A stretch of 64,000 nucleotides of DNA from Candidatus Eiseniibacteriota bacterium (GTDB lineage Bacteria > Eisenbacteria > RBG-16-71-46). Numbering within the stretch: position 1 is the stretch's first letter; each line of letters opens with the position of its first letter. The position numbers and the translations under genes are program-made. Below, piece after piece: positions 1 to 10,492 of this stretch. The DNA lies in assembly GCA_963725865.1 (NCBI GenBank), contig CAVSAC010000010.1:576001-640000 (forward strand), in the 5' to 3' direction. The notes under the pieces are model-generated. The model was given only the letters and a program-made list of their open reading frames with translations, was not told where the DNA came from and ran no database searches.

Positions 1-2870
1 TCGCTTCGGCGATACGGTGGGTTCGCGGCTCGGCTGGAGTATGAACTCAGGTCGCCGACGCCACCGGGTCCGCTCGCCGCGATCCGCACGACGCGGGGCG
101 GCGCGTTGGTGCTGGAATTCGAGAAGCTCTGGTTGGAGCCGGGGTCGGCCACGTAGAGCGCGCCGTCGGGACCGAACGCCAGCGCGTGCGAGCCCGACAG
201 GTTCCGGAAGCCGCTCGCGAACACGCTGGCCGTACCGGAACTGGTGACGCGCACGATCCGCTCGTTCAGGATGTCGGCGACGAACAGGTCGCCGCCGAAG
301 CGGCCGCTTGGATCGAACGCCATGCCGCTCGCGCCGTTGAGCAGCGCGGGATCGGTGACCAGCGTCGTCACCACCCCGGCCGGCGAGACGCGGCAGATGC
401 GCCCGAGGCCGTTGGTGCTGGAGCTGACCGAGCCGAGATTGGCGTCCGCCACGTACAGGTCGGTGCCCCACGCGCCGCCGGGGCCGCACGCGAGGGCCTC
501 GGCACCGTTGAGGCTGCCGTTGGCGGTGAACGCCGAGATCACGCCGGCCGGCGAGACCACCGAGATCCGGTTGTTGCTGGGATCGCACAGGAACCAGCGA
601 TCGCCGAACGCGCCGACGCCCCAGGCCACCGCGCCGGTGCGGGTCGCGCTCGAGGGCCCGAGCCACAGGTTGGTCATGCGACGCGGGTCGATCTGATAGA
701 GCCCGGTGGCGTCGCACACCGCGAGGGTGCCGTCGCCGGCGCGCGCCATTCCCTCGGGCCGGGTCCAGCGCGAGTCCGAGAGCCACGAGCCGAAGTCTCC
801 GCCGAGCGTGAGCGTGAACACGCGGTCCCACGCGGCATCGCTCACCAGCAGGACGTCGGGGCCGATCCAGGGTGCCGGCAGCAGCCCTTCCGGCGCGCGC
901 GGGCCCTGGGTGACGATCGGGTCGACCACGAAGCCGCCGGGGACCGTGATCCCGGTGGGGATCCCGCTGGTCACGAACGTGGCCGCGAACGGCGCCGCCA
1001 ACGCGGAGCCGTCGAGCCCCCGCAGCGCGGCCGCGAACGACCAGCGATAGGTGGTGCCCGCGCTCCAGTCGGCGGCCGGGAAGAAGTGCGCCTCACGCCC
1101 GCTCACCTGCCACGAACCGCTCATCGCCGGCACGATCGCGAACGCGGCGGCGACCGTGGCGGGATCGATCGCGCGATCGAACACGACCCGCAGCGGGGCG
1201 TCGAGCGCGCCCAGGTGCATGTCGTGCCCGGGGAAGATGCTCGTGAGCGCGAGCGGCACCGCGGCGGCCGCGTGCGCGGCCAGCGATTCGAACACCCGCG
1301 CCCCGCGAGCGAACAGGCGCACGTCGAGCGCCCCCCCGGCGCTCACGGTGTCCTGGATCGCGGGCTCCAGCGCGTCCACCAGCACGCTCCCCGCCGGCCA
1401 CGGCGTCGGCAGTCCGCCATGGGCGAGCGGGGCATTCGCGTCACTGAGCGTCACCAGCACGGTGTCCGCCGCCGTCTCGCGTGTGTAGGCGTAGAAGCCG
1501 GCCCCCGCCGCCTCGGCGTACCGCACGGTGGTCGTGCCGCGACGCAGCGCCGCGTGCCGCCGCCGCGCGTCCGCCAGCGTGCGCACCCAGCGGGCGAGCG
1601 GGTGGACGAGGTCGAAGTTGTCGCCATCCGAGGGCCCGAAGTCCCACTGCCCGTCCCACATGTCTTCGCGACAATAGGGATCGCCGCCCCCGTCGAAATC
1701 CTGCTCGGTGCCGTAGTAGATGCACGGCACGCCGCGCGACGTCAGCAGCCACGCGAGCGCCCCGCGCGCCTTGGCCTCGTCCTGGCTGGCAGGCCCGTTG
1801 AAGCCCACGAAGCGGGCGTTGTCGTGGTTGTCGAGGAACGTCACCAGCTGTTCGCGGCTGCTGGGATCGTAGGCGGTCAGCAGTTCGTCGCGCGCCGGGA
1901 TGTCGGCCGGCGGGCCGCCCCACGCGTACACACCGTTCGCGGTGTAGAACATCGGGTAGTGGAGCATCGAGTCGAACTTGTAGTTGCCGCCGCTGACGGT
2001 GCCGGTGTACGAGCCCACCTTGGAGTCGCTGCCGTCGAACGACTCGCCGAACAGGAAGAACCGGGTCTTCCCCACCGCGCTGGCGTGCGCGTGCACCGCG
2101 GCGCACCACACGTCCCAGAACGGCATGTCCACGTGCTTGACGGTGTCGACCCGGAAGCCGTCGCAGTCCGTGCTGTCGATCAGGAACGCGGCCGCCTCGA
2201 TGAGCGCGGACTGTACCGCCGGGTCCTCGGTCTTCAGGTCGTTGAGCCCGAACAGCTGGCCGAGGATCTGCTCCGGATCGGAGTAGTTCCCGATGTCACC
2301 GTAGGGGTGGAACTTCGTGAGGTCGTCGAACGGCGGTGCGAACCGCCTGGCGGGATCCACCCACTGGAGCGCGTAGCCCGCCGGGTAGCGGTAAGCGGGC
2401 CATCCGGGATCGGCGCTGTTGATGAGCACGCCCATGTGATTGCAGACGACGTCGATCACCAACACCATCCCGCGCGCGTGGAGGTCGGCGGCGAGCGCTC
2501 GCAGCTCGGCGAGCGAGCCGAAGTGGGGCGCGATCGAGAACAGGTCGCGTGCCGCGTATCCGTGGTACTCGGCGTTCGCGTTCAGCACCACCGGCGAGAT
2601 CCACACGCCGTCCACTCCGAGACTTTGCAGGTAGTCGAGGCGCTGGCGCAGCCCCGCGAAGTCGCCGCCGTGGATCCGAGCCCCGTCCGACGGCGCGTAG
2701 GATCCTTCGACCGCGTCGTTCGACGGATCGCCGTCGGCGAACCGATCCGTCACCACCTGGTACAGGATCACGTCGCGCCAGTCGGCCGGCGATGGCGTCA
2801 GCGCGCGCGCGGGGATCGCCACCGCCAGCGCCAGCGCGACGACTGTCAGCTCGATCCCGATGCCCCGCAT
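1..2870 (-). CDS. Secreted GH13 alpha-amylase family protein with Ig-like domain and C-terminal NHL/SMP-30-like beta-propeller; 3' end runs off the window
   Basis: Absent from the ORF track because it has no stop in the window; translated by hand from ATG 2870 (alternative in-frame ATG 2963). N-terminus MRGIGIELTVVALALAVAIPARA-LTPSPADWRDVILYQVVTDRFADGD. GH13 regions GGDFAGL, DVVCNH, GFRVDTVKH, FGESFD, FLDNHD, PCIYYGTEQ; then LRVVFDRAID (Ig-like) and repeats GMAFDPSG..LFVAD, ALAFGPDGALYVAD. Confidence 0.9.
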   Translation of the reverse strand, partial: MRGIGIELTVVALALAVAIPARALTPSPADWRDVILYQVVTDRFADGDPSNDAVEGSYAPSDGARIHGGDFAGLRQRLDYLQSLGVDGVWISPVVLNANAEYHGYAARDLFSIAPHFGSLAELRALAADLHARGMVLVIDVVCNHMGVLINSADPGWPAYRYPAGYALQWVDPARRFAPPFDDLTKFHPYGDIGNYSDPEQILGQLFGLNDLKTEDPAVQSALIEAAAFLIDSTDCDGFRVDTVKHVDMPFWDVWCAAVHAHASAVGKTRFFLFGESFDGSDSKVGSYTGTVSGGNYKFDSMLHYPMFYTANGVYAWGGPPADIPARDELLTAYDPSSREQLVTFLDNHDNARFVGFNGPASQDEAKARGALAWLLTSRGVPCIYYGTEQDFDGGGDPYCREDMWDGQWDFGPSDGDNFDLVHPLARWVRTLADARRRHAALRRGTTTVRYAEAAGAGFYAYTRETAADTVLVTLSDANAPLAHGGLPTPWPAGSVLVDALEPAIQDTVSAGGALDVRLFARGARVFESLAAHAAAAVPLALTSIFPGHDMHLGALDAPLRVVFDRAIDPATVAAAFAIVPAMSGSWQVSGREAHFFPAADWSAGTTYRWSFAAALRGLDGSALAAPFAATFVTSGIPTGITVPGGFVVDPIVTQGPRAPEGLLPAPWIGPDVLLVSDAAWDRVFTLTLGGDFGSWLSDSRWTRPEGMARAGDGTLAVCDATGLYQIDPRRMTNLWLGPSSATRTGAVAWGVGAFGDRWFLCDPSNNRISVVSPAGVISAFTANGSLNGAEALACGPGGAWGTDLYVADANLGSVSSSTNGLGRICRVSPAGVVTTLVTDPALLNGASGMAFDPSGRFGGDLFVADILNERIVRVTSSGTASVFASGFRNLSGSHALAFGPDGALYVADPGSNQSFSNSSTNAPPRVVRIAASGPGGVGDLSSYSSRAANPPYRRS

Positions 2871-3315
2871 CCACCGCCCCCGCTGGGTCACGCTCACGAT
2901 CCCGCTCCTCGAGTTGGTCCTCGCCGTGGTGTCGAGCGCCCGGATGAAGCGCCACGGGCGCATCCGATCGCTGTCGCGCGCACCGCGTGGGACGCGGGCA
3001 CCGTGGCCGCGTGGGGTCCTCCGCGGGCGGATGCCTTCGCGCTCGACAGCGTCGTGAAGATTGTCCCACCCGCGGCGTGCCCGCGAAAGCCGCCGTGTCG
3101 CATCCCATCGCCCACGCGGTCGTGCGTGCCTTGCGCCCGGCGTCGACTTCGTGCGACTCTCGCGCCGCTCGCAATCCCGGTTCCGGCGCCGCGTCGCGCT
3201 GCCGTGGTCGCAAGAGCCGCCGGAGGTGGGGCGGGATGCGCCTCGCCCCCATCGGCCCGACATCCAGCATCCCCGGGCGCGCTCCCCGCGCGCCGCCTCA
3301 CACGGAGGTCCTCCG

Positions 3316-4563
3316 ATGCGGTTGGGTCCGCGGGTCGTCCTCGCGCTGCTGTCCTCGCTCGTGCTCGCCGTGACGCTCGCCGGCTGCGGGGGCGGCCGGT
3401 CCTCCGCGGGCGCGAAGAAGCTCGTGCTCTGGACTCAGATGGATCCCGAGGAGCGCACTCGCTTCCAGCGCAACCTGGATACGTTCAAGGCGAAGCACCC
3501 GGACGTCCAGATCGAGTTCGTCCCGTACGACACCGAGAACCTGCGCACCCAGTTCCAGACCGCCGCCAGCGGCGGTGGCGGACCCGAGATCATCTTCGGG
3601 CCCTCCGATCAGGTCGGCCCGTTGTCGCTGCTCAAGTTGATCAAGCCGCTCGAGACCACCATGCCGGCCGGCTTCTTCGACCGCTTCGTGCCCCAGGCGC
3701 TCGACACGCTCGACGGCCACCTGTGGGCCGCGCCCGACCAGGTCGGCAATCACCTGACGCTGGTCTACAACAAGGCGCTGGTGAAGCGGGCGCCCGAGAC
3801 GGCGGCGGAATTCATCGCGCTCGCGAAATCGCTGACGAAGCCCGCCGTGGGCGGACGACAGGCGCAGTACGGCTTCGCGATGAACGTCATGGAGCCCTAC
3901 TGGCTGGCGCCCTTCCTCGGCGGCTACGGCGGCTGGGTGATGGACGCGAACCAGCAGCCGACGCTCGACACGCCGGCCATGGTGCAGGCGCTCGAGTTCC
4001 TCAAGGATCTCAAGGACCGGTACGGGATCATGCCGAAAGAGAGCGACTACCAGATCGCCGAGACGCTGTTCAAGGAAGGCCACGCCGCGATGATCGTGAA
4101 TGGTCCCTGGTCGTGGTCGGCCTATCGCAAGGCCGGCATCGACGTCGGCGTGGCGCCGCTGTTCAGGCTCCCGAACGGCGCCTGGGCCCAGCCGATGACC
4201 GCGAGCAAGGGCTATTCGATCAACGTGAACGTGAAGGACGCGCAGCTGCCGCTGGTGATCGAGTTGATCGACTTCCTGACCTCGAAGGACGCCGAGCTGC
4301 TCGACGCGGTGGCGCTCGGCACGCTGCCCAGCGACAAGGAGGCCTACGCCGACCCGACGATCCAGGCCGACCCGACGCTGCAGGCCTCGCAGCGGGCGTT
4401 CGAGCTCGGCCGCCGCATGCCCGTGGTGCCCGAGATGCGCGCGCTGTGGGACGTGATGCGGCCGGGGATGCAGAAGGTGATGAACGGCTCGGCCACGCCC
4501 GCGCAGGCGGCCCGCGAGATGCAGGCCGCCGCGATCCAGCAGATCGCCGGGATGAAGCAGTAG
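3316..4563 (+). CDS. malE: Maltose/maltodextrin ABC transporter substrate-binding lipoprotein
   Basis: GGAGG RBS at 3304; lipobox LAGC; motifs GPEIIFGPSDQVG, LVYNKALV, AMIVNGPWSW, MPVVPEMRALW typical of MalE/MdxE. Confidence 0.9.
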   Translation: MRLGPRVVLALLSSLVLAVTLAGCGGGRSSAGAKKLVLWTQMDPEERTRFQRNLDTFKAKHPDVQIEFVPYDTENLRTQFQTAASGGGGPEIIFGPSDQVGPLSLLKLIKPLETTMPAGFFDRFVPQALDTLDGHLWAAPDQVGNHLTLVYNKALVKRAPETAAEFIALAKSLTKPAVGGRQAQYGFAMNVMEPYWLAPFLGGYGGWVMDANQQPTLDTPAMVQALEFLKDLKDRYGIMPKESDYQIAETLFKEGHAAMIVNGPWSWSAYRKAGIDVGVAPLFRLPNGAWAQPMTASKGYSINVNVKDAQLPLVIELIDFLTSKDAELLDAVALGTLPSDKEAYADPTIQADPTLQASQRAFELGRRMPVVPEMRALWDVMRPGMQKVMNGSATPAQAAREMQAAAIQQIAGMKQ

Positions 4564-4576
4564 TCGGGCACCCACC

Positions 4577-5458
4577 GTGCTGCGCGCGCCGCGTTCGTTC
4601 CCCTACCGCCTGCTGCTGCCCGCGGTGATCGTGATGGCGGCGGTGGTGGCGTACCCGTTGCTCTACAACTTCTACCTCGCGTTCCGGAACATGGGGCTCT
4701 ACACGTTCCGATCCCACACGTGGGTGGGGCTCCAGCAGTTCCGACTCATCCTCTCCGAGCCGATCTTCTACAGCCTGCTCGTCAAGTCGATGATCTGGAC
4801 GATCGTGAACGTGTTCTTCCACGTCACGCTCGGCGTGTTCCTCGCGATGCTGCTCGCGGGCCCGATCCGGGGCCGCACGTTCTTCCGCACGCTGCTGATC
4901 CTGCCGTGGGCGATGCCCCAGTACATCTCGGCGCTGACCTGGCGCGGGATGTTCAACTACGAGTACGGCGCCGTGAACCTGATCCTCACCCGCTGGCTGC
5001 ACCTGCCGGCGGTGCCGTGGCTCTCCGATCCATTCTGGGCGTTCGTGGCGCCGATCCTGACCAACATCTGGCTCGGCTTCCCGTTCATGATGGTGATCGC
5101 GCTCGGTGGCCTGACCGCCATCCCGAAGGAGCTCTACGAGGCCGCCGACCTCGACGGCGCCAACGCGTGGCAGAAGTTCAGCCGCATCACCATCCCGCAG
5201 CTGGTGCCGGTGCTGGTGCCGGCGGTGCTGCTGGGCACCATCTGGACGTTCAACAACATGCTCGTCGTGTGGCTGGTCTCCAACGGCGGGCAGCCGGCCG
5301 ACCAGACCCACATCCTGGTGACCTACATCTACAAGGTCGCTTTCACCTACACGCGCTACTCGTACGCCGCGGCGTTCTCGGTCGTGGTGTTCGTGTTGCT
5401 CCTCGGCTTCGTGATGTGGGTCATCCGGCGCACGTCGCAGCTGGAGGCGAAGGCATGA
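4577..5458 (+). CDS. malF: Sugar ABC transporter permease (MalF-like)
   Basis: Hydrophobic; LLILPWAMP, NIWLGFPFMM, EAA loop ELYEAADLDGA. Confidence 0.88.
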   Translation: MLRAPRSFPYRLLLPAVIVMAAVVAYPLLYNFYLAFRNMGLYTFRSHTWVGLQQFRLILSEPIFYSLLVKSMIWTIVNVFFHVTLGVFLAMLLAGPIRGRTFFRTLLILPWAMPQYISALTWRGMFNYEYGAVNLILTRWLHLPAVPWLSDPFWAFVAPILTNIWLGFPFMMVIALGGLTAIPKELYEAADLDGANAWQKFSRITIPQLVPVLVPAVLLGTIWTFNNMLVVWLVSNGGQPADQTHILVTYIYKVAFTYTRYSYAAAFSVVVFVLLLGFVMWVIRRTSQLEAKA

Positions 5459-6300
5459 GCCGCCGGTCGGGATCGCGCTGGACGCCGGGTCGCGTGCTGG
5501 TCCACGCATTCCTGGTCTTCTTCTCGCTGGCGACCGTCTATCCCATCCTGCAGATCGTCACCATCTCGCTGCGGCCCGGCGACCAGCTCTACTCCACCTC
5601 GCTCGCGATCATCCCGGAGCACGCGTCGCTGGACTCGTACCGCATCATGCTCACGCAGAAGCCGTTCCTGCGGTGGATGCTCAACTCGTTCCTGGTCTCG
5701 GTGGCCGTGACGGTGTTCGGCGTCACGCTCGCCTCGACGGCGGCGTACGCGTTCTCGCGGTTCCGCTTCCGCGGCTGGCGCGCCGGGATGTACTCGTTCC
5801 TGCTCACCCAGATGTTCCCGGCCACGATGACGATGCTGCCGCTCTACGTGATGCTGCAGAAGCTCGGGCTCATCAATACCTACACGGGACTGGTCGTCGC
5901 CTACACCGCGACCGCGCTGCCGTTCTGCGTGTGGACCATGCGCGGCTACTACGACACCATCCCGGTCGAGTTGGAACAGGCCGCGCTCATCGACGGGTGC
6001 GGGCCGTGGGCCGCCTTCACGCGCGTCACGCTGCCGCTGGCCGCCCCGGCGCTGGCGATCACGGCGCTGTTCTCGTTCATGGCGGCGTGGTCCGAGTTCC
6101 TGGTGGCGCGCATCGTCATGAACCGGCAGGAGCTCTACACGCTTCCGCTGGGGCTCGAGAGCCTGGCCGGACAGTTCCAGACCGAGTGGGCGAACTACGC
6201 GGCCGGCTCGCTGATGGTGTGCGTGCCGGTGATGGTGCTGTTCGTGGTGCTCAACCGCTACCTGGTCGAGGGACTCTCGCTGGGTGGCGTGAAGGGCTGA
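5455..6300 (+). CDS. malG: Sugar ABC transporter permease (MalG-like)
   Basis: ATGA overlap with malF; AYAFSRFRFRG, TQMFP, GYYDTIPVELEQAALIDG, ends GLSLGGVKG. Confidence 0.88.
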   Translation: MSRRSGSRWTPGRVLVHAFLVFFSLATVYPILQIVTISLRPGDQLYSTSLAIIPEHASLDSYRIMLTQKPFLRWMLNSFLVSVAVTVFGVTLASTAAYAFSRFRFRGWRAGMYSFLLTQMFPATMTMLPLYVMLQKLGLINTYTGLVVAYTATALPFCVWTMRGYYDTIPVELEQAALIDGCGPWAAFTRVTLPLAAPALAITALFSFMAAWSEFLVARIVMNRQELYTLPLGLESLAGQFQTEWANYAAGSLMVCVPVMVLFVVLNRYLVEGLSLGGVKG

Positions 6301-6414
6301 GCGAGGAGCGCGCGGTCTCGACCGGCGTCGCGCGAAACCAGGAGCCGGATCGAAGGCCGCGCCCGGCGACCCACCGCATCCGGCGCGCAGCGACGCGGTC
6401 CGCGGACATGACGA

Positions 6415-6443
6415 ACGGGGCGGGCCGTGTGGGCCCGCCCCGT
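6415..6443. terminator. Hairpin between convergent genes, probable bidirectional terminator
   Basis: Perfect 12-bp stem ACGGGGCGGGCC-gtgtg-GGCCCGCCCCGT. Confidence 0.7.
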
Positions 6444-6463
6444 CTTCATCTCCTGATCGAACG

Positions 6464-7381
6464 CTAGCGATAGAGCGTCTTCAGCCCGCCCCAGGTCGAC
6501 GAGGTGGCCGGCGTCACGCCCGGGCACACCGTGAAGTACTGGTTGCCGCCGAGCGACGCGAAGTTGACGGCGCGCGGCTCCGCGAGGTTGCCCGCACCCG
6601 TCGCCGGTCCGAGGACCTGGTTCGACAGGTAGTCGTGGCTGGCGCCGTTGACGAACGCGCACACCTTGACGCAGCCGGTCGGATTGCCGAGCAGCGCCAG
6701 CGGTACCGCGACCTCGACGCCGGTCGTCACGCCCGCGCCACTGCCCGGGCTCGGCGCCGCGCCGCCGACGCCGGCAGCGTTGCTGTTGTTGATCGTCACC
6801 TTGACGCCGAGCGACGGATCGACTCCCGGCGCATTGCCGCCGGTCAGGTTGCCACCCACCTGCACCGCGCCGCCCTGGCCGAGGTAGTACCCATTGCCGG
6901 TGCCGATTCCGACGTAGTCGACGTACAGGGCGTACGGGCCGCCGCCACCCGTCGGGCTGATCCACGTATCGGCGTTGAAGCCGGCGTCGAACGTGAGGCC
7001 GTTGCCGCTGCCGTCATCCGCCATGCGCAGGAAACCGCCCTGGTTCGAATTGCTGCCGAGCAGGCGATTCTGTCCGCCGGCCTGACCCGCGTCGATGAAG
7101 ATCTCGAGCTTGTTGAAGTTGGACTCGAGGTTCCCGGCGAGGAGCAGGAAGAGATAGCCGCCGCCGATGCTGCCGTACGCGGCGTCGAGCTCCGAACCGT
7201 TGGCGTAGTCGATTACGCCCATGTTCGCGTCGCCGAAGCCGGTCTGGGTGTCCTGGACGGAGAGCGGGGGGCCGTACACGGCGTCGGCCGTCCCGTCGAC
7301 GACCTGGGCGTGCGCCGACACCACCAGCGCGATCGTGAACATCGATGCGAAAACGAGAGTAGCGAAGCGCTTCACGGTCAT
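6464..7381 (-). CDS. Secreted Gly-rich protein, DOMON/CBM9-like, with C-terminal TWGGLKTLYR tail
   Basis: RBS AAGGAGG before MTVKRF; signal peptide ending AHA; VVDGTAD...SELDAAY...LFLLLAG...LEIFID; ends TPATSSTWGGLKTLYR. Confidence 0.8.
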   Translation of the reverse strand: MTVKRFATLVFASMFTIALVVSAHAQVVDGTADAVYGPPLSVQDTQTGFGDANMGVIDYANGSELDAAYGSIGGGYLFLLLAGNLESNFNKLEIFIDAGQAGGQNRLLGSNSNQGGFLRMADDGSGNGLTFDAGFNADTWISPTGGGGPYALYVDYVGIGTGNGYYLGQGGAVQVGGNLTGGNAPGVDPSLGVKVTINNSNAAGVGGAAPSPGSGAGVTTGVEVAVPLALLGNPTGCVKVCAFVNGASHDYLSNQVLGPATGAGNLAEPRAVNFASLGGNQYFTVCPGVTPATSSTWGGLKTLYR

Positions 7382-7690
7382 GTCCTCCTTCTCCAAGGTG
7401 CAGTGGCAATGAGGGACCCGTGGGCCGCACTGCTCCCACGCTCGTACCCCTTGATGTTATCAATACTTCCGCGCCGGAGTCCAACCCGGTGCGGCTCCGG
7501 CGAGCGCTGTCATGCGGCGCCGCGGGCGCGTCCGACCGGGCTCACGAAGCGCTCGCGCAATCCGGTCCAGGACGCCGCGATGGGTGCCCGGGCGGGCACC
7601 CGGGCGCTCCCGGTCCTGCGCCGCTCGAGACCGATGGGCGGGCCTCGCAGCGCCCGCCCATCCCCTGCGTGAGGTGGATCCGGCCGCGCG

Positions 7691-10190
7691 TTACCGGGCG
7701 AGCACCATGCGTCGTGTCAACCGCTCCCCGTCCATGGACAGCTCGTACAGGTAGATCCCGGCTTGCACCCGCTGGCCGGACGCGTCACGTCCGTTCCAGG
7801 TGGATTCGTGCACGCCGGACTCCAGATGGCCGTCGACCAGTCGCGTGACGCGCCGGCCCGCGATGTCGAACACCGTCAGCGTCACGCGGCCCGAGCGCTT
7901 GAGCTCGAAGCGGATCGTGCTGCGTGCCATGCCGGGATTCGGGAACGACTGCAGCAGTCGCGCGAAGTCCGCGCTGGAGCCGGGACGGAGATCGATCGGC
8001 CCGGGGCCCGTCACGTCGAGCACGCTGCAGTAGTCCCACCGATCGAGCGGATGCACGATCGGGTTCCCCACCGAGTATTGGGTGTCGTCGAGAAACAGCG
8101 TGCGATCCGGCACGCCGCCGGAGCACTCGTACGCGTTGTCGAGGACGTACTTGTAGGAGAGCGTCAGTCCGGTCGAATCGGGGAACGTCACCAGCCGGGT
8201 GAAGATGTGATCCGAGACGCGGGCATCCGGAGCGATCCCGTTGTCCAGCAGGGTGCCGGCGGCGGCCGGCGGCCAGTTGAACGTGAGCGGAGCGCGGTCG
8301 CCGTTGATGGAGACCGTGTCGGCGGCGGTCGGCGGCCCCGCGGGGAACATGTCGACCGTGAACAGCACCGCGATCGCCTTGTCGGTGACCGAGCAGCGAT
8401 CCACCTTGCGCGCGGGCAGCGAGAGCGGACCGTGCAGCCCGCCGACGGTGTCGGCGAGCGACTCGTTGATCGTCACCGAGCGATTGCCCTGGTCCGGGCA
8501 CTCAAACGCTCCGTTCAGATCGGTCTTCCACTCCACCGTCTTGAAGGTGCACCCCGGGAACCGCACGATCGCCGAGTAGATCTTGTCGCCGGCGACCGCG
8601 TCCGGGAAGACGCCGTTGTCGAGCATCGGCTTGCCGGGCTGCGTGAACGCGAGCGGCGCGACATTGCCCATCATCGTGATCACGTCCGCGGGGCCCACGC
8701 CCTTGTTCGAGGCGTCGACGCGGAAGATCACGTCCACCGCGTGGGTCAGGAAGTTCACCGGGTCGTCGTTGTTCCAGGAGACGTTGAGCGCGACCGAGGC
8801 GCCGTTGTCGCTCGTCAGGTGGTAGGTGCGATTGCCCGTGAAGCCTTCGTACTGGCTGCAGTTCCGGGTCAGCTTCCACTCGAGGTCGGCCTCGGCCCTG
8901 CCCGTGCCGGAGTTCTTGGCCATGCAGAACGGCACCGTCACGGTGTAGGTCGAATCGCCGTCGAGGTCGGTCATGAACGCGTTGTCGCAGAGCGCGAACG
9001 AAAGCGGCGGCAGGCTGCCCTCGACCGCGAACGTGTCAGCGGCCGCGAACAGATGGGAGCACAGGTTCACGGTGACGTCGGCGTTGAAGATCAGGTTCTG
9101 GATGAAGAACGAGCCGACGTTCGTGGTGCCGTTCGCCACGATGATGTTGCCGGCGATGTCCTTCACGTTCGTCTCGGTCATGTTGAAGAAAGTGGCATTC
9201 GAGCTGATCGGCAGGTTGAGCGTCAAGTGGACGACGTTCAGCGCCGCGGCATCGCGCACCGCGCTGCTCACCGTGCGCACCACCGGACCCGAGAAGGCGT
9301 AGTTGCCGGCGGTCTGCGAAGTCGTGAGATCCACCGGCTCGCTGAACACCACGTCCACGCGGTTCGTGCTCAGGCTGAACTGCTTGTTCGGCAGCAGCGG
9401 GAAGTTGACCGCCGTGGCGCTGGTGACGGTCGGCGGCACGTTGTCCGTGGCGTTCAGGACGGTGTAGGGCAGCATCTGCGTCATCTGCACCACCGCGCGT
9501 CGTGTCGTAGGTGGTCGAACTGCCGCGCGACATCTGCACGTCATTGCTCGCGAGGGCGTCGAGCGGTCCCTTGGTGGTGCCCTCCTGCGTGACCCAGAAC
9601 TCCAGGTGCAACACCGCGCCCGCGGACACGCCGAGCACCGAGAGCGGCAGCCGCAGCTCGCGGAACGTCAGGCTGTCCACGATGCCGAGTCCGTTGGAGC
9701 CGGAGCCCCAGCCCGGATTCACCGACGTCGAGACGTTGTCCCACACCGAGGTGCCGCCGTTCCAGCCGTAGAGCACCTCGTAGTTGAACGTGTTGCAGGT
9801 CGTCGGGGTGACATCGTAGACGATGAAGTCCGGCTTCTGAGCGAAGTTCGCCCAGCCGATCGAGCGCCCGAACGGATCGGTCGCGCCGCCGCCCGCGGTG
9901 CCCACGTCGACCGCGAAGCCGAGATTCATGTCGCAGTAGCAGGTCTTCGAGAACTCGATGCCGATGTAGAGGAAGTTGTTGTCGTTGGTCACGTAGACCT
10001 TGCCGAGATCCATCGGGTACACGGGTGGGGCGCAGCCCTGCTGGGTGTCGTGCGTGTCGTCCCGCAGCAGGTTCGCCGCATTGAAGTCGTTCACGCCGTC
10101 GACGACGATCGTCTGCGGCACGAACGCGCGCACCGGCACGGCAACCGCGAGCAGGCAGGCGGCCAGGAGTCCCAGACGTAGCAATCTCAT
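7691..10190 (-). CDS. Large secreted multidomain protein: DOMON-like N-terminus, Ig-like domain, three CBM20-like modules, FlgD-Ig/T9SS-like CTD; +1 frameshift near 9498
   Basis: MRLLRLG..AVPVRA signal peptide at 10190; frame switches at TTYDTT/AVVQMTQ (span 2500 = 3n+1); C-terminus QSFPNP..TIRFEL..VTLTVFDIAGRRVTRL..WNGRDASGQRVQAGIYLYEL. Confidence 0.8.
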
Positions 10191-10418
10191 GGAGCGTTCT
10201 CCGAAGCCGGGTCGTGGTCTGATCGCGCACACTGCGATCGTCCCTGCGGGCTGAACCCGGGGAACCCGCGCGGACCGACCGGCGTTGAGCGCCGGCATGA
10301 TCGGGCTGATGTGTCGAGATTCTACCGCCCACCATCGCGCGCCCGCAATGATCGGCCACCGTCGCGTGCGAATCCCACTGGAGTTCGGTGGGACCGATCA
10401 TCGATCGGGGCCGGAGAC

Positions 10419-10447
10419 TTGACCCGGCGGGCGCCGGCGGTCATCCT
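10419..10447 (+). promoter_or_regulatory. Possible sigma70 promoter for the 10493-22527 gene run
   Basis: TTGACC-N17-CATCCT ending about 45 nt upstream of GTG 10493. Confidence 0.35.
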
Positions 10448-10492
10448 GCGCACGCCATCGGCGACCCCTCTTCCGAACTCCCCGAGGTCGAT

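Noticed and set aside
186..4628. 1480-aa plus-strand ORF
   Set aside because: Antisense shadow of the GH13 gene followed by an off-frame read of malE; Arg/Ala-rich with no motifs, as is typical of high-GC DNA.
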